Positions 18,730-29,013 of a stretch of 64,000 nucleotides of DNA are shown piece by piece. Position 1 is the stretch's first letter; the number at the start of each line of letters is the position of its first letter. The stretch spans positions 726 to 64,725 of the forward strand of contig CAYQQO010000002.1 in NCBI GenBank assembly GCA_964420115.1, read 5' to 3'. The position numbers and the translations under genes were made by a program. Under the pieces are notes generated by a model. The model made no database searches, was not told where the DNA came from, and was given only the letters and a program-made list of their open reading frames with translations. The DNA comes from an uncultured Candidatus Saccharibacteria bacterium (GTDB lineage: Bacteria > Patescibacteriota > Minisyncoccia > Portnoybacterales > UBA2143).

Positions 18730-19500
18730 ATGAAGAAAATAATTATTATCACCAGTATTATTATTTTAATAATCGGTGTTTATTTATGCATTAAGGCTTT
18801 CCCGGGAGAAAAAAAAGATTATACTGTTATCCCGGTAGTTAAAGGCGAGATTTCTCAAAATGTTTCAGTTGCCGGAACGGTTATTCCTTCCAAGGGAATA
18901 GATTTGCAATTTGAGCGTTCAGGCAGAATTAACAGCGTTGATATTGGAGTGGGAGACCATGTGGCAGCTGGCCAGCTCTTAATAGCATTAGATGCAGCTG
19001 AATTAAATGTTTAGCTTAAGGCTTATCAGGCCGCTTTGGATGTGGCTCAAGCTTCTTTAAATAAAACATTGACTGGCGCCAGAGAAGAGGATATCCAGAT
19101 TTATAGGACCAGAGTCGCTGACGCTGAAGTTGGTTTAGCTGTAAAAAAGCAAGGTTTAGTTGATACAAAAGAAGACGCTGATAATAATTTAGCGCAGGAC
19201 CATAAGGACATGGTTGGTGTTTTAGACGAAGCAGTGATAAAAACTGATGATGCCTTAAACAAGCAAATTGACCAGTTATTTGATGACGATAGTATTAATC
19301 CTGATTTGGCGTTTAATGTTTCTAATTCGCAGATAGAAATTGATGTTGAACGTGATAGATTGGTTTGCGCCAGCAGGTTGGAGCAAATGGAAGACGAAAT
19401 TAACTTATTGTTTGCCGCCGATTATAATGTCGTTGATACAGTTGCTGTTAATGCCCAGTCAGATTTAATCTTTATAAGAAATTTCTTTAATATTTTTTAG
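18730..19500 (+). pseudogene. RND/HlyD-family membrane fusion protein, interrupted and 3'-truncated
   Basis: VSVAGTVIP..LQFERSGRI..VGDHVAAGQLL lipoyl-like half; in-frame TAG at 19012-19014; same frame resumes and stops at 19500 without the second half. Confidence 0.85.
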
Positions 19501-19566
19501 TAAACGCTTATTGGGCAGCTGTTGTTTTTTTATAAACTGTGAAAGCTGTTTTTTAATTATAAAAAA

Positions 19567-19726
19567 TGGACAAATTTAAAAAAATGTGTAAAATAAAAAG
19601 AAAAAGTAAACACACACTAAATTTTTTTAAAAAAAATGGTGTGTGTGGGTAAATAATTTTCAGACAAGCAGGCGAAGCGGGCATTTTGAGAAAAGAAGGG
19701 GATTCTCAACCCGGTTTGTTTTGCTT
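19567..19726 (+). promoter_or_regulatory. Promoter and structured 5' leader of hppA
   Basis: TGGACA-16 nt-TAAAAT; hairpins 19610-19646 and 19666-19726 before ATG 19736. Confidence 0.45.
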
Positions 19727-19735
19727 AGTTTATCT

Positions 19736-21706
19736 ATGTCGCTACCAGTTTATTTTTCTCTTACTGCGCCAGTAATTGCTCTTCTTTTTGCTGCTTTTTT
19801 AGCATGGCAGATAAAAAAGCAGGTTGTTGTTTCATCTAAGGTGGCTCATATTGGCCAGATAATTAAAGAAGGGGCAATGACTTTTTTAAATAGAGAATAC
19901 AGAATTCTTTTTATTTTTGTTTTAGTTATCACTGGCCTTTTATATTATTTCCTTAACGCGCAGACAGGACTGGCTTTTATAACTGGCGCTGTTTTAAGCG
20001 CTTTAGCCGGGCAAATTGGCATGAGAGTAGCTACTTTGGCAAATGTCAGAACTGCTGAAAAATTAAACAGAGACTTAAAATCAGGATTATTAGTCGCTTT
20101 TAACAGCGGTAGTGTTATGGCCTTGAGTGTGGTCGGATTAGGGCTTTTAGGTATTGTTAGTCTTTATTTAATTTTTAAAGAGCCGGTTATTATTTATGGT
20201 TTTGGCTTTGGCGCTTCAAGCGTTGCTTTGTTTGCCCGGGTAGGCGGCGGTATTTACACTAAAGCCGCTGATGTGGGCGCTGATTTGGTCGGCAAGGTTG
20301 AAAAGGGGATTCCTGAAGATGACCCCCGCAATCCGGCGACTATCGCTGATAATGTTGGTGATAATGTCGGTGATGTGGCTGGAATGGGGGCAGATCTTTT
20401 TGAAAGTTATGTAGATAGCATTATTGCCGCTATGGTTATTGGTTCTGTTGTGGCTATTGGCGACAAGGGGATTCTCCTGCCTATTGTTCTGGCCGCTGGC
20501 GGAATTATTGTTAGTTTAGTCAGTAATTTGTTTGTTAAAATGGGATCGGCTGGAGTAGAAAAAGGATCTGCCCATAACGTTTTAAACAGGGGGATTTGGT
20601 CGGCAACAATTCTAATGGCTCTTACTTCTTACGGTTTGATAAAATATTTGGGGTTTGGGATTGGTGTTTTTTATGCTTTTTTAACCGGTCTTTTATCCGG
20701 CTTGGTTATTGGTTTAGTGACAGAATATTTCACTTCGCATAAATATCGTTTTACAAGGCAGATCGCTAATTCCGCCCAAACAGGAGCTGGAACAAATATT
20801 ATTTCCGGCCTAGCTTTAGGTATGGCCAGCACAGTTGTCCCTGTTTTAGTAATCGGTACTGCTGTATTTCTTGCTTACCAATGGAGTCAGCTTTTTGGTA
20901 TTTCCATAGCCGCCGTCGGTATGCTTTCCACTTTAGGTATAACCTTAGCAACAGACACCTTTGGCCCGGTGGCGGATAATGCGGCTGGTATCGCTGAAAT
21001 GGCTGAAATGGGCAAAGAAACAAGAGAACGAGCAGAGGACTTGGACGCGGTTGGGAATACTACAGCGGCAATTGGCAAAGGGTTTGCTATTGGCGCGGCG
21101 GCTCTAACAGCCTTGGTTTTAATGGTTAGTTATGGCCAAGCAGTTAAATTACCTTTTGTTGATTTATTTAGTTATAGAGTGATAATTGGTCTGTTTTTAG
21201 GCGGACTGATGCCTTTTATTTTTTCTTCTTTTGCTCTTAAGGCGGTCGGCCGGGCGGCAATGGCTATGGTGGAAGAAGTGCGCCGCCAGTTTAAAACAAT
21301 TAAAGGTATTATGGAAGGGGAAAGACAGCCGGATTATGCCAGATGTGTTGATATCAGCACTAAGGCGGCTTTAAGAGAAATGATTTTACCAGGCGTTTTA
21401 AGTATTTTGGCTCCTGTTTTGGTTGGTTTTCTTTTAGGCCCCGATGCTTTGGCTGGTCTTTTGGCTGGCTCAATCGTTTCCGGCTTTTTACTGGCTGTGA
21501 CAATGGCCAATGCCGGAGGGGCTTGGGATAATGCTAAAAAATTTATTGAAACAGGACAGTTGGGGGGTAAGGGGTCAGAAGCGCATAAAGCGGCAGTGGT
21601 AGGTGATACTGTTGGTGATCCTTTAAAAGATACTGCCGGTCCATCGCTTAATATTTTATTAAAACTGATGGCTATTGTTGCTCTTATTATCGCCCCTTTG
21701 CTTTAA
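19736..21706 (+). CDS. hppA: Membrane-integral pyrophosphatase, K+-dependent type, probably Na+-translocating
   Basis: [58 protein letters not shown]. Confidence 0.96.
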   Translation: MSLPVYFSLTAPVIALLFAAFLAWQIKKQVVVSSKVAHIGQIIKEGAMTFLNREYRILFIFVLVITGLLYYFLNAQTGLAFITGAVLSALAGQIGMRVATLANVRTAEKLNRDLKSGLLVAFNSGSVMALSVVGLGLLGIVSLYLIFKEPVIIYGFGFGASSVALFARVGGGIYTKAADVGADLVGKVEKGIPEDDPRNPATIADNVGDNVGDVAGMGADLFESYVDSIIAAMVIGSVVAIGDKGILLPIVLAAGGIIVSLVSNLFVKMGSAGVEKGSAHNVLNRGIWSATILMALTSYGLIKYLGFGIGVFYAFLTGLLSGLVIGLVTEYFTSHKYRFTRQIANSAQTGAGTNIISGLALGMASTVVPVLVIGTAVFLAYQWSQLFGISIAAVGMLSTLGITLATDTFGPVADNAAGIAEMAEMGKETRERAEDLDAVGNTTAAIGKGFAIGAAALTALVLMVSYGQAVKLPFVDLFSYRVIIGLFLGGLMPFIFSSFALKAVGRAAMAMVEEVRRQFKTIKGIMEGERQPDYARCVDISTKAALREMILPGVLSILAPVLVGFLLGPDALAGLLAGSIVSGFLLAVTMANAGGAWDNAKKFIETGQLGGKGSEAHKAAVVGDTVGDPLKDTAGPSLNILLKLMAIVALIIAPLL

Positions 21707-21712
21707 AGCTTA

Positions 21713-22453
21713 ATGAATATTTTTTTCTGGATTTTCCTGTCTACTTTTTTAATTAGTTTAATCTCTTTTTCAGGGGCGCTTGTTTTATTTTTAAGGGAAA
21801 AATTACTTGAAACAACTCTTCTGTGTTTGGTCGCTTTTTCAGCCGGCGCTTTAATGGGGACGGCTTTTCTGCATCTCTTGCCGGAAGCGGTTGAGGAAAC
21901 AGGCGGCAGTTTAACTGTTTTTCTCTATTTGATTATTGGCTTTACTCTTTTTTTTATTTTAGAACAATTTATTGGCTGGCATCATCATGATCAGCGTCAT
22001 CAACGGGCAAAATCCTTTTCCTATCTAATTTTAGTCAGCGACGCTCTTCATAATTTTATTGATGGATTGATTATTGCCGCTTCTTTTGTGATAGCTGTCC
22101 CTGTCGGCATTGCTACTGCTGTTGCGGTGGCTTTGCATGAAATACCGCAGGAAATAGGGGATTTTGGTATTTTAGTTTACGGAGGAATAGAAAAGATAAA
22201 AGCGCTTTTTCTTAATTTTTTCACTGCCATTACAGTGGTTTTTGGCGGCTTGGTTGGTTTTTTGCTGGCTGGAAAAATAGGCCAGTCAATTGTTTTTCTT
22301 CTTCCCTTTGCCGCCGGCAGTTTTGTCTATATTGCTTCATCTGATTTAATCCCGGAAATAAAACACAGAGGAGGCTCAAAAATGTCTATTATCCATTTTC
22401 TTTTCTTTGCAACTGGTTTAGTTTTGATGTTGGTTTTAAAGTTGTATGAATAA
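21713..22453 (+). CDS. ZIP family zinc/metal transporter
   Basis: HLLPE, WHHHDQRH, LHNFIDG, LHEIPQEIGD. Confidence 0.93.
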   Translation: MNIFFWIFLSTFLISLISFSGALVLFLREKLLETTLLCLVAFSAGALMGTAFLHLLPEAVEETGGSLTVFLYLIIGFTLFFILEQFIGWHHHDQRHQRAKSFSYLILVSDALHNFIDGLIIAASFVIAVPVGIATAVAVALHEIPQEIGDFGILVYGGIEKIKALFLNFFTAITVVFGGLVGFLLAGKIGQSIVFLLPFAAGSFVYIASSDLIPEIKHRGGSKMSIIHFLFFATGLVLMLVLKLYE

Positions 22454-23078
22454 AAGAGACAAAGCGCTCAAAGAAATAAAGGAAGAGGTAATTAAATGCC
22501 GGAAATGCCTTCTTTATAAATCAAGGGCTTTGCCGGTGATAGGCGAAGGCAACCATCGGGCAAAAATAGTTTTAATTGGCGAGGCGCCGGGGGCAGAAGA
22601 ATCCAAAGCCGGCCGTCCTTTTTGCGGGCAAGCAGGCAGGGTTTTAGATGGTTTATTAGAATCAGCTGGTGTAAAAAGAAGAGATGTCTATATTGCCAAT
22701 ATTTTAAAAGATAGACCGCCGCAGAATCGCAACCCCCTGCCTAGTGAAATTACTGCTTGTACCCCATATCTTTTAAGGCAGATTAATATAATTAAGCCGA
22801 AGGTAATTGCTGCTTTGGGTAATTTTTCAACCTCTTTTATTATGAAAGAATACGGCTTAGAAGAAAAAATAGAAGGGATTAGCAAAATTCATGGGAGGTT
22901 TTTTGAAGTTGGAGCTCCTTTTGGCAAGATAAAAATAGTCCCTCTTTATCATCCGGCGGTAGCGGTATACAATAATTTAATGAGAGATGTCCTTGTAAAT
23001 GATTTTAAAATTTTAAGTAAATTAAATGGTCAAAAAAAATATTCCAAAAGTAGTCGTCGGATTGTCAGGCGGAGTTGA
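22446..23078 (+). CDS. Uracil-DNA glycosylase, family 4
   Basis: CRKC, GEAPG, RPPQNRNP, YHPA. Confidence 0.92.
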   Translation: MNKRDKALKEIKEEVIKCRKCLLYKSRALPVIGEGNHRAKIVLIGEAPGAEESKAGRPFCGQAGRVLDGLLESAGVKRRDVYIANILKDRPPQNRNPLPSEITACTPYLLRQINIIKPKVIAALGNFSTSFIMKEYGLEEKIEGISKIHGRFFEVGAPFGKIKIVPLYHPAVAVYNNLMRDVLVNDFKILSKLNGQKKYSKSSRRIVRRS

Positions 23079-24123
23079 TTCTTCTGTTTCTTTGTTGTTG
23101 CTTAAAAAACAAGGATATCAGCCAATTGGAGTTTCTTTAAAATATTCTGCTTGGCAGAGTAAAAAAAATAAAATTCAGGAAAATAGCTGCTGTTCTAAGG
23201 AATCTTTTTCTATTGCAAAAAAAGTGTGCCAAAAATTAAAAGTTCCTTATCATATTGTTGACTGCCGTGTTGATTTTAAGGAAAAAGTTATTGGTTATTT
23301 TATAAAACTTTTAAAAAAGAAAAAGACACCCAGTCCCTGCCTTATCTGCAATCGTTTAGTTAAGTTTAAGGAGCTGTTTACTTTTGCTAAAATGAGAGGC
23401 GCTGATTATGTGGCAACAGGCCATTACGCAAGAGTGAAAAGAAACAAGGGAGGCGCATACGAGCTTTTAAGAGCAAAAGACAAAACCAAAGACCAAAGCT
23501 ATTTTCTTTGTCTTTTAACCCAAAAACATCTTTCAAAAACAATTTTTCCTTTGGGTGGTTATACCAAAGAAGAGGTTTATCAGATTGCTAAAAAAGAAGG
23601 TTTTAAATTTTTTGAAAAAAAGAAACAAAGCCAGGATTTATGTTTTGTCTCTCGGCAATCAATGCCACATTTTTTAGAAGAAAAAATAGGTTTTCAGCTG
23701 GGAGAAATTATTGATAAAAAAGGAAATATTTTAGGCCGGCATCAGGGACTTCATTTCTACACCATAGGGCAGAGAAAAAAAATTTCTTTAGTTGGCGGAC
23801 CATGGTGGGTAATTGGCTATAATAAAAAGAAAAATCAGTTAATTGTCACCAATAACCAAAATGACCCAGCTCTTTCAGGTAAAAGTGTTATTCTCTCTAA
23901 TTGTCATTTTGTTTCCGGCTTTCCTCCTAAAAAATCAATTAATGTCAAAGCTAAGACAAGAGTTGGTCAAAAATTGGCAGAGGCAAAATTATACCCTCTT
24001 CAAAAAAAGAAAATTAAATTAGTTTTTGAGTCTTCCCAAAAAGCAATTACTCCGGGCCAATGGGCTGTTTTTTATAAGGATAATGTCTGTTTGGGGGGAG
24101 GGTTAATTGAAAAATCTTTTTAA
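23026..24123 (+). CDS. mnmA: tRNA 2-thiouridine(34) synthase
   Basis: SGGVDS, PCLICN, ATGHYA, KDQSYFL, SQDLCF, TIGQR, ITPGQ. Confidence 0.96.
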   Translation: MVKKNIPKVVVGLSGGVDSSVSLLLLKKQGYQPIGVSLKYSAWQSKKNKIQENSCCSKESFSIAKKVCQKLKVPYHIVDCRVDFKEKVIGYFIKLLKKKKTPSPCLICNRLVKFKELFTFAKMRGADYVATGHYARVKRNKGGAYELLRAKDKTKDQSYFLCLLTQKHLSKTIFPLGGYTKEEVYQIAKKEGFKFFEKKKQSQDLCFVSRQSMPHFLEEKIGFQLGEIIDKKGNILGRHQGLHFYTIGQRKKISLVGGPWWVIGYNKKKNQLIVTNNQNDPALSGKSVILSNCHFVSGFPPKKSINVKAKTRVGQKLAEAKLYPLQKKKIKLVFESSQKAITPGQWAVFYKDNVCLGGGLIEKSF

Positions 24124-25376
24124 GTGACCATAAAAAAAATTATTATTTTTCTTTTAATAGCCGCTTTTTTTCTTAATTTAGCTGATTTTGCTTTGGCCCA
24201 AGAAAGGCCGGTTCAAGAAAAGGAAGTTAATTTACACTTTTTTTACGGGAGCACCTGTCCTCATTGTAAAAAAGCAGAGGCATTTTTAGAGAAAATAGAA
24301 GCTAAATATCCCTTACTTGAAATAGAAAGATACGAGGTTTATGCCAATAAAGAAAATGCTCAGCTTCTTTCTGATATTTTTGAGTCCTGTCAGGAGCCCG
24401 GTCCGCCAAGAGTGCCAGCTATTTTTATCGGCGGCGAAGTGATTGTCGGTTATTTGGGCGACCAGACAACAGGTAGACAGATTGAAGAAGCTGTTAAAGA
24501 TTGTTTGGCAAATGAATGTCTTGACCCTTTGGCTAATATTAATGAGTGCGCTTTGTGCCAGTGCCAAGAAGGAGAAGAATGTCCTTGTCAGGAATGTGAT
24601 TGTCAGCCAAAAGAGATGGGAGACCAAATCATTGACTATCCAATAATAGGGGAAATTAACCTTTCTGAATTATCTCTGCCTGCTTTGACTGTTGTTTTAG
24701 CCAGCTTGGACGGCTTTAACCCTGCGCTATGTGGGTTCCCTTATTTTTAATCGCCCTTTTGATTAATGTAGGTTCACGCAGAAAAATATGGCTTATCGGC
24801 GGAACATTTATTCTTGTTTCTAGTATTGTTTACTACTTGCTTTTAACCGCTTGGCTTAATTTATTTTTAGCTATTAGTTATGTCACCGCTACCAGAATTA
24901 TTATTGGCACAGCTGCTTTATTAGCCGGTTTTTGGCAAATAAGAAAGTTTTTAAAATACAAACTAGGCGTTTGCGAGGTAACGCCTATTGGCACAAAGCG
25001 GCATGAGCGTTTAGTCCAAAAAATAAAAGAGGTGGTTAGTTCAAGAGCATTGCCAGCTAGCTTTTTGGGAGTAGTTGCTTTAGCTTTTGGCGTTAATATA
25101 ATTGAATTTTTTTGTTCAGCCGGTCTGCCTGCTGTTTACACCCGCATATTAAGTTTGAGCGATTTGGGCGCTTTAACTTATTATTTATATCTTTTGCTCT
25201 ACACTTTTGTTTTTATGCTTGATGATTTAATAATTTTTGGCATCGCCATAATAACGTTGCGGCAAATTGGTTTTACAGAAAAATATCAGAAGTGGAATAT
25301 GTTAATTGGCGGTCTTGTTATTCTTTTTCTCGGGCTGGTGCTTCTTTTCAAGCCGGACTTTTTAGTTTTTGGATAA
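24124..25376 (+). pseudogene. Second thioredoxin-DsbD-like fusion, split by a single-base frameshift
   Basis: TCPHC domain in 24124..24750 and TM domain (EFFCSAGLP) in 24729..25376; AACCCTGCGCTATG at 24718-24731 lacks one base of N-P-C-A-M; paralog of 2826..4058. Confidence 0.85.
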
Positions 25377-25407
25377 AAGAGCAAAAGAAATTTTGCTCAA
25401 TTCGTTT

Positions 25408-25467
25408 AGCCCTGATCAAGGTTTTGCCTGCCCAGAAAAACGGCGAACCTTGGTCAGGGCTTTTTTT
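25408..25467 (+). terminator. Long-stem intrinsic terminator
   Basis: AGCCCTGATCAAGGTT...AACCTTGGTCAGGGCT followed by a T run. Confidence 0.8.
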
Positions 25468-25524
25468 ATTTTTATAATTTAAAAGTGGATTTTCAATAAA
25501 GTATTTTTTTGGTAGAATAAAAAT

Positions 25525-26871
25525 ATGTCTATAGATAGAAGTATTTTTAGAGCTTATGATATTCGGGGTAAATATCCCGACCAGATAAACGAAGAAACCG
25601 TTTATAAAATTGGCCGTGTTTTTGTTGGGTTTTTAAAAACAGACGAGGTGATTGTCGGCCGCGACGTCAGAGAATCCGCCCCGGCTCTTTTTGAATCTTT
25701 AGTTAGGGGGATTATTGAAGCTGGCGCTAATGTTATTGATATCGGGCAAGTCAGCATTGGCGCTTTGTATTTTGCTTCGGGTAAATTGGACAAACCGGCT
25801 ATTATGATAACCGGTTCTCATTTAGGGAAAGAGTATAATGGTTTAAAATTATGCCGCAACGGGGCAGAGCCGATTGGCCGGGGGGGGGAGCTGGAAGAGA
25901 TTTGCAAAATAGCTTATAAATATGAATCATTAGAAAAAAAAGAATCAGTTCAAGGGAGAGTTATTGAAGAAAATATTTTAAAGGATTATATTCCTCATGT
26001 TCTAAGTTTTGTTGATAAAAATTCTTTAAAGCCATTTAATGTGTCTATTGATGCTGGCAATGGTGTAGCCGGCAAAATAGTTCCTTTGGTTTTTAATGAT
26101 TTACCTTTTAAAATCGCCCCTTTGTATTTTGAACTGGATGGATCTTTTCCTCATCATTTACCTAACCCAAAAGAGCTGGCTAATTTGGCTGATTTACAAA
26201 AAACAGTTTTATCAGAAAAATCTGATTTAGGTATGGCTTTTGATGGCGATGGAGACAGAGTCTTTTTTGTGGATGAGAAGGGGAAAGCGATAAGAAGTTC
26301 TTTAATTATATCTCTTTTAGTTGAGGAAATTCTTAAGAGAAGTCCGGCAGTGAAGATAGTCTATAATGTTTCCTGCGGCAGAATTGTCAAAGAAACAATT
26401 GAAAAAAATGGGGGAGACCCAATTATAGAAAAAGTAGGACATTCTTTTATTAAGGCAAAAATGAAAGAATGCGGAGCTGTTTTCGGCGGCGAAGCGTCAG
26501 GCCATTATTATTTTAAAGAAAACTTTAGGGCGGAAAGCGGGGCAATCGTCGCTTTAATGGTTTTAGAAATTCTTTCTAAAAAAGAAAAGTCATTTTCAGA
26601 AATTTTAAAACCTTTTGATAAATATTTTGCTATTGAGGAGCATAATTTTAAGACGGAGGATAAGGATGGAGTTATTAGGAGGCTTGAGAAAAATTACGCC
26701 AACGCCGTAATTTCTCATTTAGACGGCTTGAGCGTTGAATGCCCCGACTGGTGGTTTAATATTAGGCCTTCCAATACCGAACCACTTTTGCGTCTTAATT
26801 TAGAGGCGAAGAATAAAAAAATATTGGACGATAAATTCGCCGAGATAAATTGGTTAGTAAGGAAGAAATGA
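25525..26871 (+). CDS. Phosphomannomutase/phosphoglucomutase
   Basis: FRAYDIRG, ITGSH, FDGDGDR, GGEASGH, RPSNTEP. Confidence 0.94.
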   Translation: MSIDRSIFRAYDIRGKYPDQINEETVYKIGRVFVGFLKTDEVIVGRDVRESAPALFESLVRGIIEAGANVIDIGQVSIGALYFASGKLDKPAIMITGSHLGKEYNGLKLCRNGAEPIGRGGELEEICKIAYKYESLEKKESVQGRVIEENILKDYIPHVLSFVDKNSLKPFNVSIDAGNGVAGKIVPLVFNDLPFKIAPLYFELDGSFPHHLPNPKELANLADLQKTVLSEKSDLGMAFDGDGDRVFFVDEKGKAIRSSLIISLLVEEILKRSPAVKIVYNVSCGRIVKETIEKNGGDPIIEKVGHSFIKAKMKECGAVFGGEASGHYYFKENFRAESGAIVALMVLEILSKKEKSFSEILKPFDKYFAIEEHNFKTEDKDGVIRRLEKNYANAVISHLDGLSVECPDWWFNIRPSNTEPLLRLNLEAKNKKILDDKFAEINWLVRKK

Positions 26872-26872
26872 C

Positions 26873-26899
26873 AAAACCGCTCAAAATGAGCGGTTTTTT
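26873..26899. terminator. Bidirectional terminator
   Basis: AAAACCGCTCA-aaa-TGAGCGGTTTT between convergent genes. Confidence 0.85.
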
Positions 26900-26921
26900 A
26901 TTGTGACGGTTTTTACGGGGT

Positions 26922-27899
26922 CTATATCAGTCCCATTTTTTGTTTTACTTCCTTTATTGTTTTTTGGGCAATAGGCCTTGCTTTTTTAGCGCCGTTTTCT
27001 AATATTTTCTTAATTTTATCAGGGTTCTTTTCCAGTATTTTTTTCTTTTCCTGGAATGGTTTTAATTTCTTGATTATTATCTCAGCCAAATCATTTTTAA
27101 AGTCGCCATATCCCTTGTTTTTGTATTTTTTTTCAATCCTATCGTATGAAAGTCCAGAAAAAGACGAATAAATAGAGATTAAATTGGAAATAGCTGGTTT
27201 TTTAGGGCCGTGTTTGATTTCGCTCCCTGAATCTGTTACTGCTTTTTTAACTTTTTCTCTTATTACAGAAGGAGAGTCAGTTAGAAAAAGGCATCCTTGG
27301 GGAATGCTTTTAGACATTTTCTGGCTTGGTTCTGCCAAGGACATTATTCTGGCGAGTGTTTTATGGATGTCAGCTTCAGGAACAACAAATATTTTGCCAT
27401 GTTGATTATTGAATTTTCTGGCAATAGTCCTTGTTAGTTCTATGTGCTGTTTTTGGTCTTCGCCGACAGGGACTAAATTAGTTTTGTAAAGTAATATATC
27501 AGCGGCCATTAAAACAGGATAATTAAAAAGGCCCATATTAATATTTTTTTTGAATTGCTTTGCCTTGTCTTTAAGTTGGGTCATTCTTTCCAATTCAGCA
27601 ATAGGAGTGATTGTATTTAAAAGCCAAGTTAATTCTGTGTGTTCGGGAATATGTGATTGGACAAAAAGAATGCATTTTTTAGGGCTAAGCCCGACTGCTA
27701 AATAGGTGGTTGCCAGATCAAAAATATTTTTCTGCATATTTGGTGATGAATCAGGATTGGTTAAGGCGTGCAGGTCAACAATGCAAAAAATTGAATCATA
27801 TTTATTCTGAAGGGCAACCCAGTTTTTAATAGCCCCTAAGTAGTTGCCAATATGGATAGAGCCGGTTGGCTGAATGCCGCTAAATATTCTTTTTTTCAT
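26922..27899 (-). CDS. trpS: Tryptophan--tRNA ligase
   Basis: SGIQPTG, HIGN, YPVLMAADIL, VGEDQ, KMSKS. Confidence 0.97.
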   Translation of the reverse strand: MKKRIFSGIQPTGSIHIGNYLGAIKNWVALQNKYDSIFCIVDLHALTNPDSSPNMQKNIFDLATTYLAVGLSPKKCILFVQSHIPEHTELTWLLNTITPIAELERMTQLKDKAKQFKKNINMGLFNYPVLMAADILLYKTNLVPVGEDQKQHIELTRTIARKFNNQHGKIFVVPEADIHKTLARIMSLAEPSQKMSKSIPQGCLFLTDSPSVIREKVKKAVTDSGSEIKHGPKKPAISNLISIYSSFSGLSYDRIEKKYKNKGYGDFKNDLAEIIIKKLKPFQEKKKILEKNPDKIKKILENGAKKARPIAQKTIKEVKQKMGLI

Positions 27900-28623
27900 T
27901 TTTTTCTTTTTTGGCAAATGCCTTAATGATCGGTTTTAAATCGCCGTCAATAATTTTGTCCAATTGATGCCACGATTTATTAATTCTGTGGTCGGTGATT
28001 CTGTTCTGGGGGAAATTATATGTCCTTATCTTTTCCGCGCGCATAGAAGAACCGATTTGCTGGCGTCTTTGGTCTCCCAAGCGAGCCATTTCTTCAGCTT
28101 TTTTTTTTGCCAATAATCGCGCCCTTAACACTTTCATTGCTCTTTCTTTGTTGGCTTGTTGTGTTCTTTCTTCCTGACAGAAAACCATTATGCCTGTTGG
28201 TCTATGGGTAATTCTGACAGCTGATTCGCGGCGGTTGACATATTGGCCGCCTGGCCCCGAAGCGCGCAAAACATCAATTTTAATATCGTTCGGGTTAATT
28301 TTTATTTCCGTCTCGCTTGCTTCCGGTAGAACTACCACTGAAGCAGTGGAGGTATGGGTGCGTCCTGATTTTTCAGTTGTCGGGATGCGTTGGACGCGAT
28401 GGACGCCGGCCTCCTGCTTTAGTTTTTCATAAGCATTATCTCCCTTTATTTCAAAAACTATTTCCCTATAACCATTCAGGGCTGATTGATGGCTTTCCAG
28501 TTTTGTTGTTTCCCAGTTGTTTTTTTCGGCAAAACGGGAATACATCCTGAAAAGATTAGCGGCAAAAAGAGCAGCTTCTTCACCGCCTGTCCCAGCCCTT
28601 ATTTCTATAATAGTCCCCTTCAT
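27880..28623 (-). CDS. prfA: Peptide chain release factor 1, lacking N-terminal domain
   Basis: [24 protein letters not shown] (PxT), [22 protein letters not shown]; only 247 aa. Confidence 0.9.
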   Translation of the reverse strand: MKGTIIEIRAGTGGEEAALFAANLFRMYSRFAEKNNWETTKLESHQSALNGYREIVFEIKGDNAYEKLKQEAGVHRVQRIPTTEKSGRTHTSTASVVVLPEASETEIKINPNDIKIDVLRASGPGGQYVNRRESAVRITHRPTGIMVFCQEERTQQANKERAMKVLRARLLAKKKAEEMARLGDQRRQQIGSSMRAEKIRTYNFPQNRITDHRINKSWHQLDKIIDGDLKPIIKAFAKKEKNEKKNI

Positions 28624-28859
28624 TTTTGTTTCTTTGGTTTAAGGCCCAGTTTGCCACTGCGCTTGGCTAATCTTTTTCTGAATTTTTCTACCTGGCCTGT
28701 TTCAATAATTTTTTCTTTGCCAGTGTAAAAAGGATGGCAGGCAGAGCAAATTTCTACGCTCATCTCCGGCTGGTGGGTAGAGCCAATTTTAAAAACAGCC
28801 CCGCAGGCGCACTTAATTTTAGCGTCGTTATAATATTTGGGATGAATATCTTTTTTCAT
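28620..28859 (-). CDS. rpmE: 50S ribosomal protein L31 (Zn-binding type)
   Basis: [23 protein letters not shown]. Confidence 0.97.
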   Translation of the reverse strand: MKKDIHPKYYNDAKIKCACGAVFKIGSTHQPEMSVEICSACHPFYTGKEKIIETGQVEKFRKRLAKRSGKLGLKPKKQK

Positions 28860-28908
28860 TGTTTTTTATCATAGCAGATTAGGATTAAATAGGCAAGTAT
28901 AAAAGGCG

Positions 28909-28937
28909 TTGACAAAAGAGCGCGAGCAAAGTATATT
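28909..28937 (+). promoter_or_regulatory. Sigma70-type promoter
   Basis: TTGACA-17 nt-TATATT. Confidence 0.7.
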
Positions 28938-29013
28938 ATTAAAGGTTCTTAAAACAAGATGTAATAGATGAGTAAGATAGCAGGTAAATAACAACGAAAA
29001 AAGGAGGAGGAGA

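Noticed and set aside
19012-19014. In-frame TAG in the membrane-fusion gene as evidence of stop-codon reassignment
   Set aside because: TAG ends several bona fide genes here, an RF1 is present, and the gene is also 3'-truncated; a nonsense mutation in a pseudogene is simpler
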